A stretch of DNA of 64,000 bases, taken from assembly GCF_902713615.1 (NCBI RefSeq), contig NC_052147.1, positions 209,956,559 through 210,020,558 of the forward strand, written 5' to 3'. The position numbers and the translations under genes are program-made. The stretch's first letter is position 1, and each line of letters opens with the position of its first letter. A model generated the notes under the pieces. The model was given only the letters and a program-made list of their open reading frames with translations, ran no database searches and was not told the DNA's origin. The stretch is from Scyliorhinus canicula. Lineage: Eukaryota. Of this stretch, positions 46,556 to 59,045 are shown in pieces.

Positions 46556-47543
46556 GTAATATTTGATTTGTTTTATCTTGAAGATACATTGAAAGGAATA
46601 TTTATTTTGTATGCAGTTGAAACATTTGGAAAATTTTTATGTGGAATTGAAAAATGTGATGGGCCATTGCATTTTAATGTTTTTCAAAAAAAAAGTGAAA
46701 AGACAGTTGGCTATTTCAATTCATGAAAAACTGTACAGCTTTGAAGGCAGAAAAGTGTGTAGACACTTTCAATTGTGAGAATTAATGTAATTGACACAAT
46801 GAAAATTTGATTACTTTTTTTGTAAATTTAGAGAATCCAATTTTTTTTTTCTAATAAAGGGACAACCTACCGTTGCCAATCCACCTACCTTTCACAAAAT
46901 GTGAGATTACATTAATAGTTTACAGAATATTTTAAAGAATAGTTGGCAGAACTCAAGTAGGGGATTTACTTGTGCACTAGCTAGTTATCCAGTCATACCT
47001 ACATTTCTGGCGTTTATAATAACCCTGTTTGCAATCTTCAAAATCAGCCTTGTGTTATGTTATTTTAAAAATGTACTTGTGTTTCAATAATTCTGCCCAG
47101 CCTGGCTGAAAATATCCTCCCTGTGATTATGATCAGTCTACAAAATTATTTTTTGCTTGAAGCTTTTAATATCGTTATTTATGTAAGTAAAAATTGGGAA
47201 CTTACACTGTGCTGTTTTCCAGAGGGTTATTGCATAAAATATTTTAATATGATAATGACTGAAGTTTTAAATAAAAGCAAAATACTCCGGATGCTGGAAA
47301 TCTTTTTTTTTTTAAAAACAGAAAATGCTGGAGAAACACAGCAGATCTGACAATATCCATGGAGAGAGAAACAGAATTAACGTTTGAGTCCATATGACGT
47401 TGTTTAGGGCCAGAAGGTTACAATATATTGGCTTCAGTTTTGTCATCAGACAGGGTGGAATGTCAACCACATTGAAGTATTCTTACAGGTAGCAATCCAA
47501 GAAATAAATTGCACTCAATTTTTAAACTTCTAATAATTTTGCC

Positions 47544-47606
47544 GAGAGCAAAATAGATGATTGAAACATGCAGATAGAGCAAAATAGATGATTGAAACAT
47601 GCAGAT
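47544..47606. repeat. perfect 31-bp tandem duplication AGAGCAAAATAGATGATTGAAACATGCAGAT x2
   Basis: Read directly from the sequence. Confidence 0.9.
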
Positions 47607-48220
47607 TGGATTAAGGTCGAAGCATGGACTGGTTATATCTCACAAGGAGGCCATTCAGCCCACCATGTCCTTGCTGGCCCCCCTCGAGCAGTTCACCCAC
47701 TGCCAATCCTCCACCTTTTCCCCGTAACAGCTGAAATAGCAAACTGTTTTTATCACGACAGAGAGATTTAACATTTTGCAAAAAATTGGTTCTTCAGGGC
47801 CAGTGAGGCTGTTCAGTAATTATGAACTTATTTAGCTATTTTAAAAATCTGGGTTGTACCGCATTCAAAAAGGATTAACCTTTCAATGGGTTTTCTACGA
47901 GACTAATAAAAGGGCAAGTTTTCATTAGTTCAGTGATTTCTGTTTGATATCAATTCACCACCCTATGGGGAAAGAAGTATAGAATCATTGACCTCAACCT
48001 CTGGATTTTTGCATTTAATGCATGTGTGGACTCCAGAAATTGCTGTCCGTTTTTGATGTTGCTGTCACAAAATTCAAGCCATTGTGTTTACTTCTGTAAT
48101 AAATGTTGCGGTGGTGTACTTTCAATTTCAAATTTTGAACTAAGTGTGATTTATTGCAGTTTTAGGTTTAAGTTTATTTGTTGAATACTGATCAGATAAG
48201 CACTTCTTCTATCTTTGTAG

Positions 48221-48332
48221 GTTCAGTTATCTGCTGTTACCCCATCATCTGCTGCAGCCAACCTCCAGCAGGGATTATCAGGACTCTCACTGGGTATGGC
48301 TCCCCCTTCTGTTAACAGTGTTCTTAATACAG
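48221..48332 (+). CDS. GORASP2: GORASP2 coding exon 7, 112 nt, VQLSAVTPSSAAANLQQGLSGLSLGMAPPSVNSVLNT(G)
   Basis: atctttgtag acceptor and gtatga donor; start of the Ser/Pro-rich domain; frame is consistent. Confidence 0.92.
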
Positions 48333-48699
48333 GTATGAATTAATAGCATTTACACAAGTACTGAAATTTACTTTTTTTTAAACTTAATTCTGATATTTTC
48401 ATTTAAAATCTTTCCTCTTCCCCTGAGGGTTTTTGATTTGCCAACTTAAAGCTGTGTTCTTCCAAAACCTCTGGATTGCTCATTATTTTGAGTTCTCTAA
48501 TCAGAAAAGACCCACTCAAATGACTCAATCCTATGAGTGCAGCTGTTCTTGTTATCTGTGCAGGGATTAGCCTGTTTACCATTTCTTATTCCACATGATT
48601 GCTCATGTAAAATATTGAGAGTTGAACCACTCTTGCTATTACAAATTGTGATCAGTTTTAGATGCATTCTATGGTTCAGTAGCATTAGTAACCCCGTAA

Positions 48700-49060
48700 T
48701 CGGGGAGGGGGTGGCGTAGTGGTATTGTCGCTGGACTAGTAATCCAGAGACCTAGAGTACACTTTTCAAATCCCACCATTGCAGATGGTGAAATTTGAAT
48801 TCAATTTTTAAAAAATATGGAATTGAAAGTCTAATGATCACCATGAAACCATTGTTGAGGTTGTCGTAAAAACCCATCTGGTTCACCAACGTCCTTTTAT
48901 GGAAGGAAATCTGCTATCCTTACCTGGTCTGGCCTATATGTGACTCCAGACCCACAGCAATGTGGGTGACTCTTAACTGCCCCTCAAGGGCAATTAGGGA
49001 GGGGCAATAAATGCTGGCACAGCCTGTGACGTCCATGTCCATTGAACGAATAAAAGAAAT
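48700..49060 (+). mobile_element. tRNA-derived SINE of a second, non-V family; a related copy lies on the minus strand at about 40085-40445
   Basis: GTGGCGTAGTGG A box, TTCAAATCCC B-box-like motif, GGGCAATAAATGCTGG tail; a reverse-complement match inside the gypsy element. Confidence 0.7.
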
Positions 49061-49953
49061 ATAGTCTGACCATCTTTTATGGAATTGACTCGCTTTCTTG
49101 TATCTACTTGAATGGATAATTATCTTTGGGGAGATTTGTGACTGGTGCATCTCCTTATGCCCTGAACTAAATATTGTGGCTTTTATATGAACTTCAATCT
49201 TTCCAAATTCAGACCAAGCAAACACTTGGCGTGATTCTCCGGAAAGATTTTGAGGTGTGGTGTTGCAGTGAGTGGGAATTGCTGCGAGCTTCACGGCGAT
49301 TGGCCCAGGGAGGCTGGCAACGCTATTCAACATTACTGCATTTGAGGCCCTCGTGATAGGATCTTTACTAATTTTCCCCCCTTTTTTCTACTCGTGCTGA
49401 TGCTGGAACTTGACCGTGGCTGTTTTCTCTTCCCCTCTCTGCAACCACGCAATGACATCCTTGATGCTGTGCCAGGGATGCAATCTACTACCCTGGAAGA
49501 AAATTCTGCCTTCCTAACTATAGAATGCCTGATCAGTTTGCTTTCCTAGTCTTCCTTCTGCTTCTCTGTACAGTTGAGCCAACTGTGGTACATAATCTAC
49601 ATAGTGTACCAGTGAAAGCTTGCGTTGCTATATTTTATTCACTGAACCAACAATACACAATTACCCATGGTATTCTGGTTTATTATAAAAAGGAATAACT
49701 ACTTAAGAATACCTGCTAACAGTGTAAATTTTGCCCATTTCCAGCAGCAGTTATTTTTGGACAATTTCTACCTGGTCAATATATCTGGTGTAAGAGTAAC
49801 ATGTTTCTGTGGAAATATCCTGCAAATTTTATAAGAAGGCTTTGTTTTTCCTATTTCTTCTGTTGCCCAAGATTCTGGAAATCAATAGTTGTTTATTCAA
49901 AACATTTTGAGACTTTCTTTATTAAATTTTGATTTTATTTTTTAACTTGTAAG

Positions 49954-50043
49954 GTGTTCCAACAGTTCCATTGTTGCCTTCATCTGTGAATTCACCACCA
50001 GGTGCAGTACCAACAAATCTAAATTCTGATCCCACCCTACCTG
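49954..50043 (+). CDS. GORASP2: GORASP2 coding exon 8, 90 nt, (G)VPTVPLLPSSVNSPPGAVPTNLNSDPTLP(G)
   Basis: ttgtaag acceptor and gtaagt donor; GVPTVPLLP is typical of GRASP55. Confidence 0.92.
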
Positions 50044-50414
50044 GTAAGTCTCTAATTATAGGATAAGAATCATGAATTGGTGTGATTCTGGAAGGAAATT
50101 TTGTTTTCTACCTAGATGTTAATTTGGTTTATTGCCTTCCAAAAATATTTTTTTTTTCTGCAAAATTTACTGGCGATGTACTTTGTAATACACTCTCAAT
50201 GTGTCAAACTGGAAACTTCCACTGACACAAGACAATTATTTAAAATATGGACTAATTAGTGAATATTAACTGGGCAAATGTTTGGTTAACACGGAGCTTG
50301 ACAATATTTTTCACTTCAAAACCATCCCGCCATGTTCTGACCAATAATACAAGCTCATTGGCCTGACCTAAAAGGACTTGATGCACAGTGAGTCAATTTA
50401 CTTAATTATTTCAT

Positions 50415-50592
50415 TATTTTTAATAAATTGAGTACCCAATTCTTTTTTTCCCAATTAAGGGGAAATTTAGCGTGGCCAATTCACTTACCCTGCACATCTT
50501 TTTGGATTGTGGGGTGAGACCCTCGCAGACACTGGGAGAATGAGAAAACTCCACACTTAGTGACCAGGATTGAACACAGGTCCTCGGCGTGT
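50415..50592 (-). mobile_element. partial HE1/V-SINE
   Basis: Reverse complement of the V domain and short tail. Confidence 0.8.
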
Positions 50593-50905
50593 AACTTGCT
50601 TCAATAATGTGGTCCATTCATAAGTAACTTGATTTTTAAATGGTTGATAACATTATGAATTTTTAATTGCTGTTCATTTTTTGAAAGCTAAATCAATTCT
50701 GTAGGATTCTATCAGGTATTCTAAATGATGTGATGAATTGAGTAACATGAATATCCGTATTTTGCTTTTATATCAATAAGTACTATTGAACAATTATTTA
50801 TATTGTAAGCACAAGCACTATAACACTTTTTGAAAGAGGTGCCACATGTATAGCATTATTCACATTATTAACATTGATAATTATATGTAATTTTAATATT
50901 TGCAG

Positions 50906-51025
50906 GTTTTATGCCATTACCAGGTGGACTTCCTAATTTGCCCAACCTACCCAACTTCAATATCACCCTACAAAACCTTGCTCCAGTGACCTTACCAGGA
51001 ATAGGTGTGATACCTCCGCCCGCTG
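50906..51025 (+). CDS. GORASP2: GORASP2 coding exon 9, 120 nt, (G)FMPLPGGLPNLPNLPNFNITLQNLAPVTLPGIGVIPPPA(G)
   Basis: atttgcag acceptor and gtatgt donor; MPLP.GLPNLPNL motif of GRASP55; phase 1-1. Confidence 0.9.
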
Positions 51026-51149
51026 GTATGTTTCTAGAGTACTTGAAATTGAACCATTTTTCATTATAAGTGGGAAGTAATTTCAAATATAATCTTCTCA
51101 TAATTTCTGTTGGTTCTTTGCCCCTTTTAAAATTTCCATGCAAGGGCAG

Positions 51150-52850
51150 CAAAGGTTCAGAATGTACTCAAGGTGTGGGACTTCAATGGCCATCATCAAG
51201 AGTGACTCAGTAATCTGGGAGTGCAGGTCGCTCTGGACTGCGCTCAGCTCCATAAATTGAATTTTATGAGTTTGGTGGGCAGGGTTAAAGTGGGGTTTGC
51301 TGAGGTGGGATAGCCTCAGGCCGGGTGCAGGCAGTTAAGATGAACATTTTGCCGTGATTTTTATTCTTGTTCGGTCTTTTTGCCGAAAATGTTTTGGGCT
51401 GATGTCATCATTTGTGTGGGGAGGTAAGGTAGCAAGGATTAGGAGGACTGTGCTCCAGAGAGGGTGACAGTTTGGGGGCATGGCCCTTCTAAACTTGTTA
51501 TACTATTACTGGGTGGCGAACGCTGAGAAGGTGCAGGACTGGAGTAGGGAGATGGAGGCTTTGTGGGTGTAGATGGAGGCAGGGTTTTGTGGAGTTTGCA
51601 GGCTTTGGCAATGGTGCGGCTTCCATTTGCCCCAGGGAGGTATTCGGGGAGTCTGCTGGTAGTGGCCACGCTGAAATTATGGAGGCAGTTTCGGCAACAC
51701 TTTAAGTTGGGGACAGGGTCGAATTTGAGTCCGATTCGAGGGAACCAGGGGTTTGAGCCTGGGAAGATGGATGCAAAATTTCCAGGATGGGCTGTTCCTG
51801 GAAGGACGGTTTGCTATTCTGGAGATGTTGCGGGCGAAGTATGGGGTGCCGCAAGGTGAGGGTTTCCGGTACGTGCAGGTGTGGGATTTTATGAAAAAGT
51901 CTGTCCGACCTTTCCAGTGGCACCGCCCTGCTCATTGCTGAGGGGGGTGTTGGTGATGGGGTTAGAGGGGGTGGGGTCATCTCACCGATTTATGGGAGGA
52001 TTTTGGCAGAGGATAGGGTGTCTCTTGAGGGGGTTATGGCAAAGTGCAAAGATGTGCAGGTAGGTACATTGGCCATGCTAAATTGCCCTTAGTGTCGAAA
52101 GGTGGGGTTACTGGGATAGGGTGGAGTTGTGGGCTTAAGTAGGGTCCACTTTCCGTTGCAGACTCGATGGGGTGAATGGCCTCCTTCTGCACTGTAGATT
52201 CTATGAAGTTGGAAGAGGAGCTAGGGATGGTGCTGGAGGAGAGACAGTGGAGTGAGGTGCTGCGGAGTGTGAATGCCTCAACATGATGCGCAAGGCTGGG
52301 GTTGACGCAGCTAAAGATAGTGCACAGAGCGCACCTGCTGAAGTTGAGGATGAGCCGGTTGTTTGAAGGGGTGGAGGGTATTTGTGAGTGGTGTGAGAGG
52401 GGCCCAGCCAATCACGTACACTTGTTCTGGTCCTGTCCAAAGTTGGAGAAGTTTTGGGGTTATTCTTGAGAACCATGTCGGCAATTCTAAATGTGGACTT
52501 GGGGCCCAGTCCCCTGGGGGCAATATTCGGGGTGTCGGACTTGCCAAACTTGCAGACTGGTGTGGGGGTAGATGTTTTAGCCTTCGCCTTGTTGATTGCT
52601 TGCAGGTGGGTCCTGTTGGAGTGTAGGTCCGTTTCTCCACCCTGTGCCTCAGTGTGGCTGGGGGATATAATGGAATTCTTGTATTTGGAGATGTTTGCTC
52701 TGAGGGCGGCGAGTGAGGGATGCTACAAGAGAGGGGCTTTATTTGTATTGCATTTTGGGGAGCTGGTTGCTGCCTAGGGGAGTGGGGGTTATTTTGTTTT
52801 GGGTTGGTTTTATTTTGTAAATGCTATGTGTTTTATATTTAATTGCTAAA
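51150..52850 (+). mobile_element. degenerate L1/Tx1 ORF2 C-terminal fragment with a SINE piece at about 52048-52205
   Basis: Homologous to 25778..26851 (VVATLKLWRQFRQHF, C..C.RGPANHVHLFWSCP, LAFALLIACR). Confidence 0.82.
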
Positions 52851-52905
52851 ATTTGAATTTAAAAAAAAAGTGACTCTGTAGCACAACCAGACAAGAGTTC
52901 GATGT

Positions 52906-53820
52906 GAACATAAGAACTAGGAGCAGGAGAAGGCCATCTGGCCCCTCAAGCCTGCTCTGCCATTCAGTAAAATCATGGTTGATGTTGTGGACTGTGCCCC
53001 ACTTACCTGCCCGCTCACCATAACCTTTTATTATTTTACTATTCAAAAATCTATTGACCTTTGCCTTAAAAACATTCAACGGGGTAGCCTCAACTGATTC
53101 ACTGGGCAGGGAATTCCACAGATTCACAACCCTTTGGGTGAAGAAGTTCCTCCTCAACTCAGTCCTAAAACTGCTCCCCGTTATTTTGAGGCCATGTCCC
53201 CTAGTTTTAGTTTCACCCGCCAGTGGAAATAACCTCCCTGATTCTATCTTAAATATTCTCTTCATAATTTTATATGTTTCTATAAGATCCCCCCCCTCAT
53301 TCTTATTCCGATGAGTATAGTCCCAGTTTACTTAGTCTCTCCTTGTAAATTAATCCTCTCAACTCCAGAATCAACTTAGTGAATCTCCTCTGTGCCGGTA
53401 CATCCTTTCTCAAGTAAGGAGACCAAAACAGTACACAGTCCTTCAGGTTTGGCCTCACCAGCACCCTATACAGCTGCAACATAACCTTCCTGTTTTTAGA
53501 CTCCATCCCTCTAGCAATGAAGGACAAAATTCCATTTGCTGCCTTAATTAGTTACTGCACCTGCAAACATTTTGCGATTCATGCACAAGGACACCAGGTC
53601 CCTCTGCACAGCAGCATGCTGCAATTTTTTACCATTTAAATAATAGTCCATTTTGCTGTTATTCCTACCAAAATGGATGACCTCTCATTTATCAACATTG
53701 AGCTCTACCTGCCAAACCCTTCCCACTCAAACTACCTATATCCCTTTGCAGACTTTCAGCGTCCTCTGCACACATGACTCTACCACTCATCTTAGTGTCA
53801 TCTGCAAACTTCGACACATT
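52906..53820 (-). mobile_element. older, decayed copy related to the young CR1 family (3' part)
   Basis: ORFs 52846..53265 (RNFFTQRVVNLWNSLP), 53303..53527 and 53692..53874 (SKFADDTK). Confidence 0.88.
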
Positions 53821-56800
53821 TGGCAGCAACTGAAGGACATATCTTCTAGATTGGGCATATGGCAGATGGTGCAAGAGAGAACAAGGGGAAATCCTACTTA
53901 ACCTCGCCCTTGTCTACCGGTCATGGATATCTCTGTCCATGACAGTAACTGCAGGAGTCAGCACCTCCGGGTCCTTGTGCTGACAATGTTCCATCTTCAC
54001 GAGGAGGATATCCTCCATATGTTGTGACACTACCACATTGCTAAATGGGACCGATTTTAAAATAGATCTAGCAACTCAAAATTGGGCATTATGAGGTCCT
54101 TTGGGCCATCAGCAGAATTGTGCTCAACCAGATCTGTAACCTCCTTGACCTGGCATATGCCTCACTCTACCATTACATTCAAGCCAGTGGAATCAGGAAA
54201 GCATGCCAGCTGCAGCAGCAGGCATATCTAAAGATGTAGTGCAGCTACAACACAGTCAGAAATGGTGGTTGACAATCAAACAGGGGGAGGAGGCTCCACA
54301 AGCATCCCTATTCTCTATGATGGACATTCCCAGCACGTCAGCGCAAAAGACCAAGTTGAAGAATTTGTAGCCAGCAGTGCTGAGTGGGTGATCCATCTCT
54401 GCCACATCCTGATATCCCCAGCATCACACGTGGCAGCCTTCAGTCAATTTGGTTAACCCCATTGAGATATCAAAAAACTACTTGCGTCACTGAATACTTC
54501 AAAGGCTATGGGCCCTGTCATGATACTGGTGTGCTGTACTGATGGATTCTGCTCCAGCTGCACCCCTAGCAAACCAGTTCCAGTATAGTAGAAACACTGG
54601 CATCTACCCAGGTATGCACTGCTTGCAAAAAACAAGACAAATCCAATACAATCAATTGCCACTCCAACATCTACTCTCAATCATCAGCAAAGTGACTGAA
54701 GGGGTCATTGATAGTGCTGTCCAGCAACACTTGCTCAGCAACAACCTGCTGATGTTCAGTTGAGATCCGTCAGAGTCTTTCAGCTCCAGACCTCATTATA
54801 GCCTGGGTCCAAACATGGACATAAGAAGTGAACTTGCGAGGCTAGTTGATTGTATCAAGGGATACTAACAAAATTGAAGTCAATGGGTACCAGAGCTCTA
54901 TTGGTTGGAGTCATACCTGACACAAAGGAAAACTGCTGTGGTTGTCGAAGGCCAATCATCGCAACCGTGGGCATCACTGCAAGAGTTCCTCAGGGTAGTG
55001 TCCTCGGCCCAACCATCTTCAGTTGCTTCATCAATGACCTTCCCTCCAGCACAAGGTCAGAAGTAGGGATGTTCGCTGATGATTGCACAGTATTCGGTAT
55101 TATTCGCCACTCCTCAGACACGTGAGCAGTCCCTGCTTACATGCAGCAAGACCTGGACAACATTCAGGCTTGGGCTGATTCGTGGCAAGAACATCTCCGT
55201 AATCACAAGAGAATCTGACCATCTGTCAATGCTGTTCAATTGTGTTACCATCCCTGAACCCCCACCTCCAACATTCTGGGAGTTTCTGTTGTTCAGACAC
55301 TTAACTGGACTAGCTGTATAAATACTGGACTAGCTGTATAAATACTGTGGCTACAAGAAGGTCAGATGCTTGAAATTCTGTGGTGAACAACTCACTTCCT
55401 AAATCCCAGAGCTTGTTCATCTACATGGAACAAGTCAGGAATGTGATTGAATACTGGATGAATGCAGCTCTGACAACACTCCAGCTGAACCTGGATAAGA
55501 ACATAGAACGATACAGCGCAGTACAGGCCTTTCGGCCCTCGATGTTGCACCGACATGGAAAAAAAAACTAAAGGCCATCTAACCTACACTATGCCCTTAT
55601 CATCCATATGCTTATCCAATAAATTTTTTAATGCCCTCAATGTTGGCGAGTTCACTACTGTTGCAGGTAGGGCATTCCACGGCCTCACAACTCTTTGCGT
55701 AAAAAACCCACCTCTGACCTCTGTCCTATATCAATTACCCCTCAATTTAAGGCTGTGTCCCCTCGTGCTAGCCACCTCCATCCGTGGGAGAAGGCTCTCG
55801 CTGTCCACCCTATCTAACCCTCTGATCATTTTGTATGCCTCTATTAAGTCACCTCTTAACCTTCTTCTCTCTAACGAAAACAACCTCAAGTCCATCAGCC
55901 TTTCCTCATAAGATTTTCCCTCCATACCAGGCAACATCCTGGTAAATCTCCTCTGCACCCGTTCCAAAGCTTCCACGTCCTTCCTATAATGAGGCGACCA
56001 GAACTGTACGCAATACTCCAAATGCGGCCGTACCAGAGTTTGGTACAGCTGCATCATGACCTCATGGCTCCGGAACTCAATCCCTCTACCAATAAAGGCC
56101 AACACACCATAGGCCTTCTTCACAACCCTATCAACCTGGGTGGCAACTTTCAGGGATCTATGTACATGGACACCGAGATCCCTCTGCTCATCCACACTAC
56201 CAAGAATTTTACCATTAGCCAAATATTCCGCATTCCTGTTATTCTTTCCAAAGTGAATCACCTCACACTTCTCCACATTAAACTCCATTTGCCACCTCTC
56301 AGCCCAGCTCTGCAGCTTATCTATGTCCCTCTGTAACCTGCAACATCCTTCCGCACTGTCTACAACTCCACCGACTTTAGTGTCGTCTGCAAATTTACTC
56401 ACCCATCCTTCTGCGCCCTCCTCTAGGTCATTTATAAAAATGACAAACAGCAACGGCCCCAGAACAGATCCTTGTGGTACGCTACTCGTAACTGAACTCC
56501 ATTCTGAACATTTCCCATCAACTACCACTCTCTGTCTTCTTTCAACTAGCCAATTTCTGATCCACATCTCTAAATCACCCTCAATCCCCAGCCTCCGTAT
56601 TTTCTGCAATAGCCGACCGTGGGGAACCTTATCATGGCGACTGGATAAGCGTCCGTTTTGATCGGTGCTTCATCTACAATCTTAAACGTTCACTCGCGCC
56701 ACTACAGGTGCACAGTGGCAGCAGTGTGTGCCATCCACAAGATGCACTTTGCCAAGCTACCTTTAGCAACACCTTCCAAGCCCATGGCCTCTACCACCTA

Positions 56801-56990
56801 GAGAACAGGGCAGCAGATTTATGTGAACACCACCACCTGCAAGTTCCTTTTGGGTTGCGCACCATCCTTGGAACTGTATCATTGTTCTTTTTCTAGCGCT
56901 GGGGCTCCCTTCTTAAACAGCATTGTGGGCAGATGGACTCAGCACTAACTTCTGAAGAGCTGCTAGCCTTGCAAATAGTGCTCTCATGAA
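53820..56990 (+). mobile_element. old CR1-like LINE remnant interrupted by a younger CR1
   Basis: ORF 54850..55125 (VPQGSVLGPTIFSCFINDLP..MFADD). Confidence 0.72.
55495..56635 (-). mobile_element. young 5'-truncated CR1 LINE, RT C-terminal half
   Basis: Intact 292-aa ORF 55731..56609; flanking direct repeat CTGGATAAG at 55491-55499 and 56641-56649. Confidence 0.9.
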
Positions 56991-57253
56991 CAAATTTTTA
57001 AAAACATGTTCATGTGTCAACACATGTCCTGTTGCAGCACTCTATTATCACTTTATTGGAAACTGCTTTCTGTTTCCAGCCTTTTTAAAAAAAATTGGCG
57101 TTTAAAATTTCCATGTGACAAATTCCATTCTCTGGAAATCATAATCAGAAAATGGTTACAGATTCAGTCGCCATGACACAATGCTATGCACACAACCTTT
57201 CGACATTATAGAGTGTGCAAAATCTGAAAGTAATTCTCATGTTTTCCTTCTAG

Positions 57254-57579
57254 GTTTTCCATCAGCTGCTCAGCTGCCGCCACTAACAGTTCCTGGACTG
57301 CCCCCTCTAACAATGCCGACCATGTTTCCCTCACAATCACCCTTGATTACTGAGGCAAAGGCTGGTCTAACTGAAACAGTTTCAGCCATCTCTCCAGGAG
57401 AAGCTGGTTTTCGTGTTTCTGCCTCTGCACCGCCTGCTGAACAAACCCCTGCTCTCATCTTGGATACTGCACCAGTTTCCATGACAACTGCTGACATCCA
57501 GGCAACTGCATCACCTAATGCAAAGAATGAAGAACCATCTTCTGCTTTCGCAGACACACAAGCTTTTTCTGAGTCTTAA
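57254..57579 (+). CDS. GORASP2: GORASP2 last coding exon (10), (G)FPSAAQLPPLTVPGLPPLTMP...ADTQAFSES*
   Basis: ttccttctag acceptor; 3' part of ORF 57181..57579; Pro/Ser-rich; ends SES-stop. The nine exons sum to 1284 nt in frame. Confidence 0.9.
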
Positions 57580-59045
57580 CTGTAGACCTTTTCAAAGCAG
57601 GAGTTGATTAATGTATTTATTCAGCTGCAGAATGTTCTGAAATTAAAACATTGTAAAAGATAGACTGGCATGATCACATCTCAAGGAGCGTTAAAACATT
57701 GTACATAATTGTAAGGATGAGGTAAATGCATACCTTTAATACAGTTGGATGGTTTACCACATTGTGAAGCAATGGGATTACTTTTGATGTAAATGGAAAA
57801 TAAATTATTTTATCAAGTACAGATTCAATTACCTCTCTTCCGCTCCCCCTCCCAGCTGAGGTTTGTTTCTGGTACAGCATGTGTGCTGTTCAGTTACATA
57901 TTTGTTGCATCAAAACATGGTATTTTGGTTGTAATCTTTTCTAGCCTGTACAATTTGCAGATCACTAGGTCAGTCCTGTATCATTAAAACATCCCACTGT
58001 TTTTAATGATTGAAGGGAAACAATGCAAGAGAAAGCTTATGTGCACCTGAAATCCAGAAGGTGTCACTGTGAACAGAACGGGGAATATATTTGAAAGAGA
58101 TGATTTAGCAATAAATTCTACTGGAAAACTTGTCCTAATTCATTTAATTTCAAATTCTGCTGGTATTTTTCAGAATAGAAGGAAAATTCTATTTTTAAAA
58201 AAATCTACCCTGTCAACTCTTGTGTGCCAAAATCTAATGTTACTTTTGTGTATATAACCTGGGAACCCTGTGACTTTGTCAGGATTTCAAGTGAGTGATA
58301 TGATATGATAAAAAGTAGAAATTCTTTAAATGTAATCATGTGAAATGTTTTCAACACAAGTGCAATGCCATTTGCAATGCTGGTGAATAGCATTGAGTAA
58401 CAATCTCCTCGAAGAAATAATGGTGTTAAAAAGAATGAGGCAAGAACATATTGAGGGGCTTTTCATGTAAGACAGCGATTAAGAGACTCGTTTTTCAATG
58501 TTGTGGAAGCAGATTGGGCTGGTGTAGCACTGTAAATTTAAATGATCTCAGCCACTAATCCCAAGTAATTTTCAAGCCACGATTTTCTATTTAATCTCAA
58601 ACTGCTTGTTCTGACTATATTTTAACAAACCTGTTAGTATGATCATTGAAGGAGAATTTGGGAGAGATAGGCTTACTTTTATCAGAGCAGTTGGGCTTTG
58701 AGGTGAGTGGATAGTTAACTTCTGGACAGTGAACCTGAGTATCTCCTGCTGTCCTGAGTTGTTGAATGTGTGTCTGAGTGCAAACAAAGGCCAAGAGCTA
58801 ATTCAATTATGTTGATATCTATGCTGAGTGAGGTGGGGCATTTTTAGAAATAGATGCAGGAGAACCCTTAATGTTTTAATTGATTGAAATATGTTGAAGT
58901 AGAAAACATAGACATTGGAGAAGATAGGGTAACAACTGACGAGTATTTTAAGGAAATGAGTAGAATGTGAGACTTTTTTAATAGTGGTCAGGAGCATGGT
59001 GTGGATCTATAAATGACTTGTATTGTAATATGAAATAAAAATCTA
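57580..59045 (+). other. probable GORASP2 3' UTR; AATAAA candidates near 57799, 58110 and 59034
   Basis: AT-rich sequence after the stop with several polyA hexamers; the true end cannot be determined from sequence alone. Confidence 0.45.

Noticed and set aside
42170-52850. L1 5' half (intron 3) and L1 3' part (intron 9) as one element enclosing exons 4-9
   Set aside because: The exons between them are the ordinary conserved gene; two independent fragments is the simpler reading and no shared TSD was seen.
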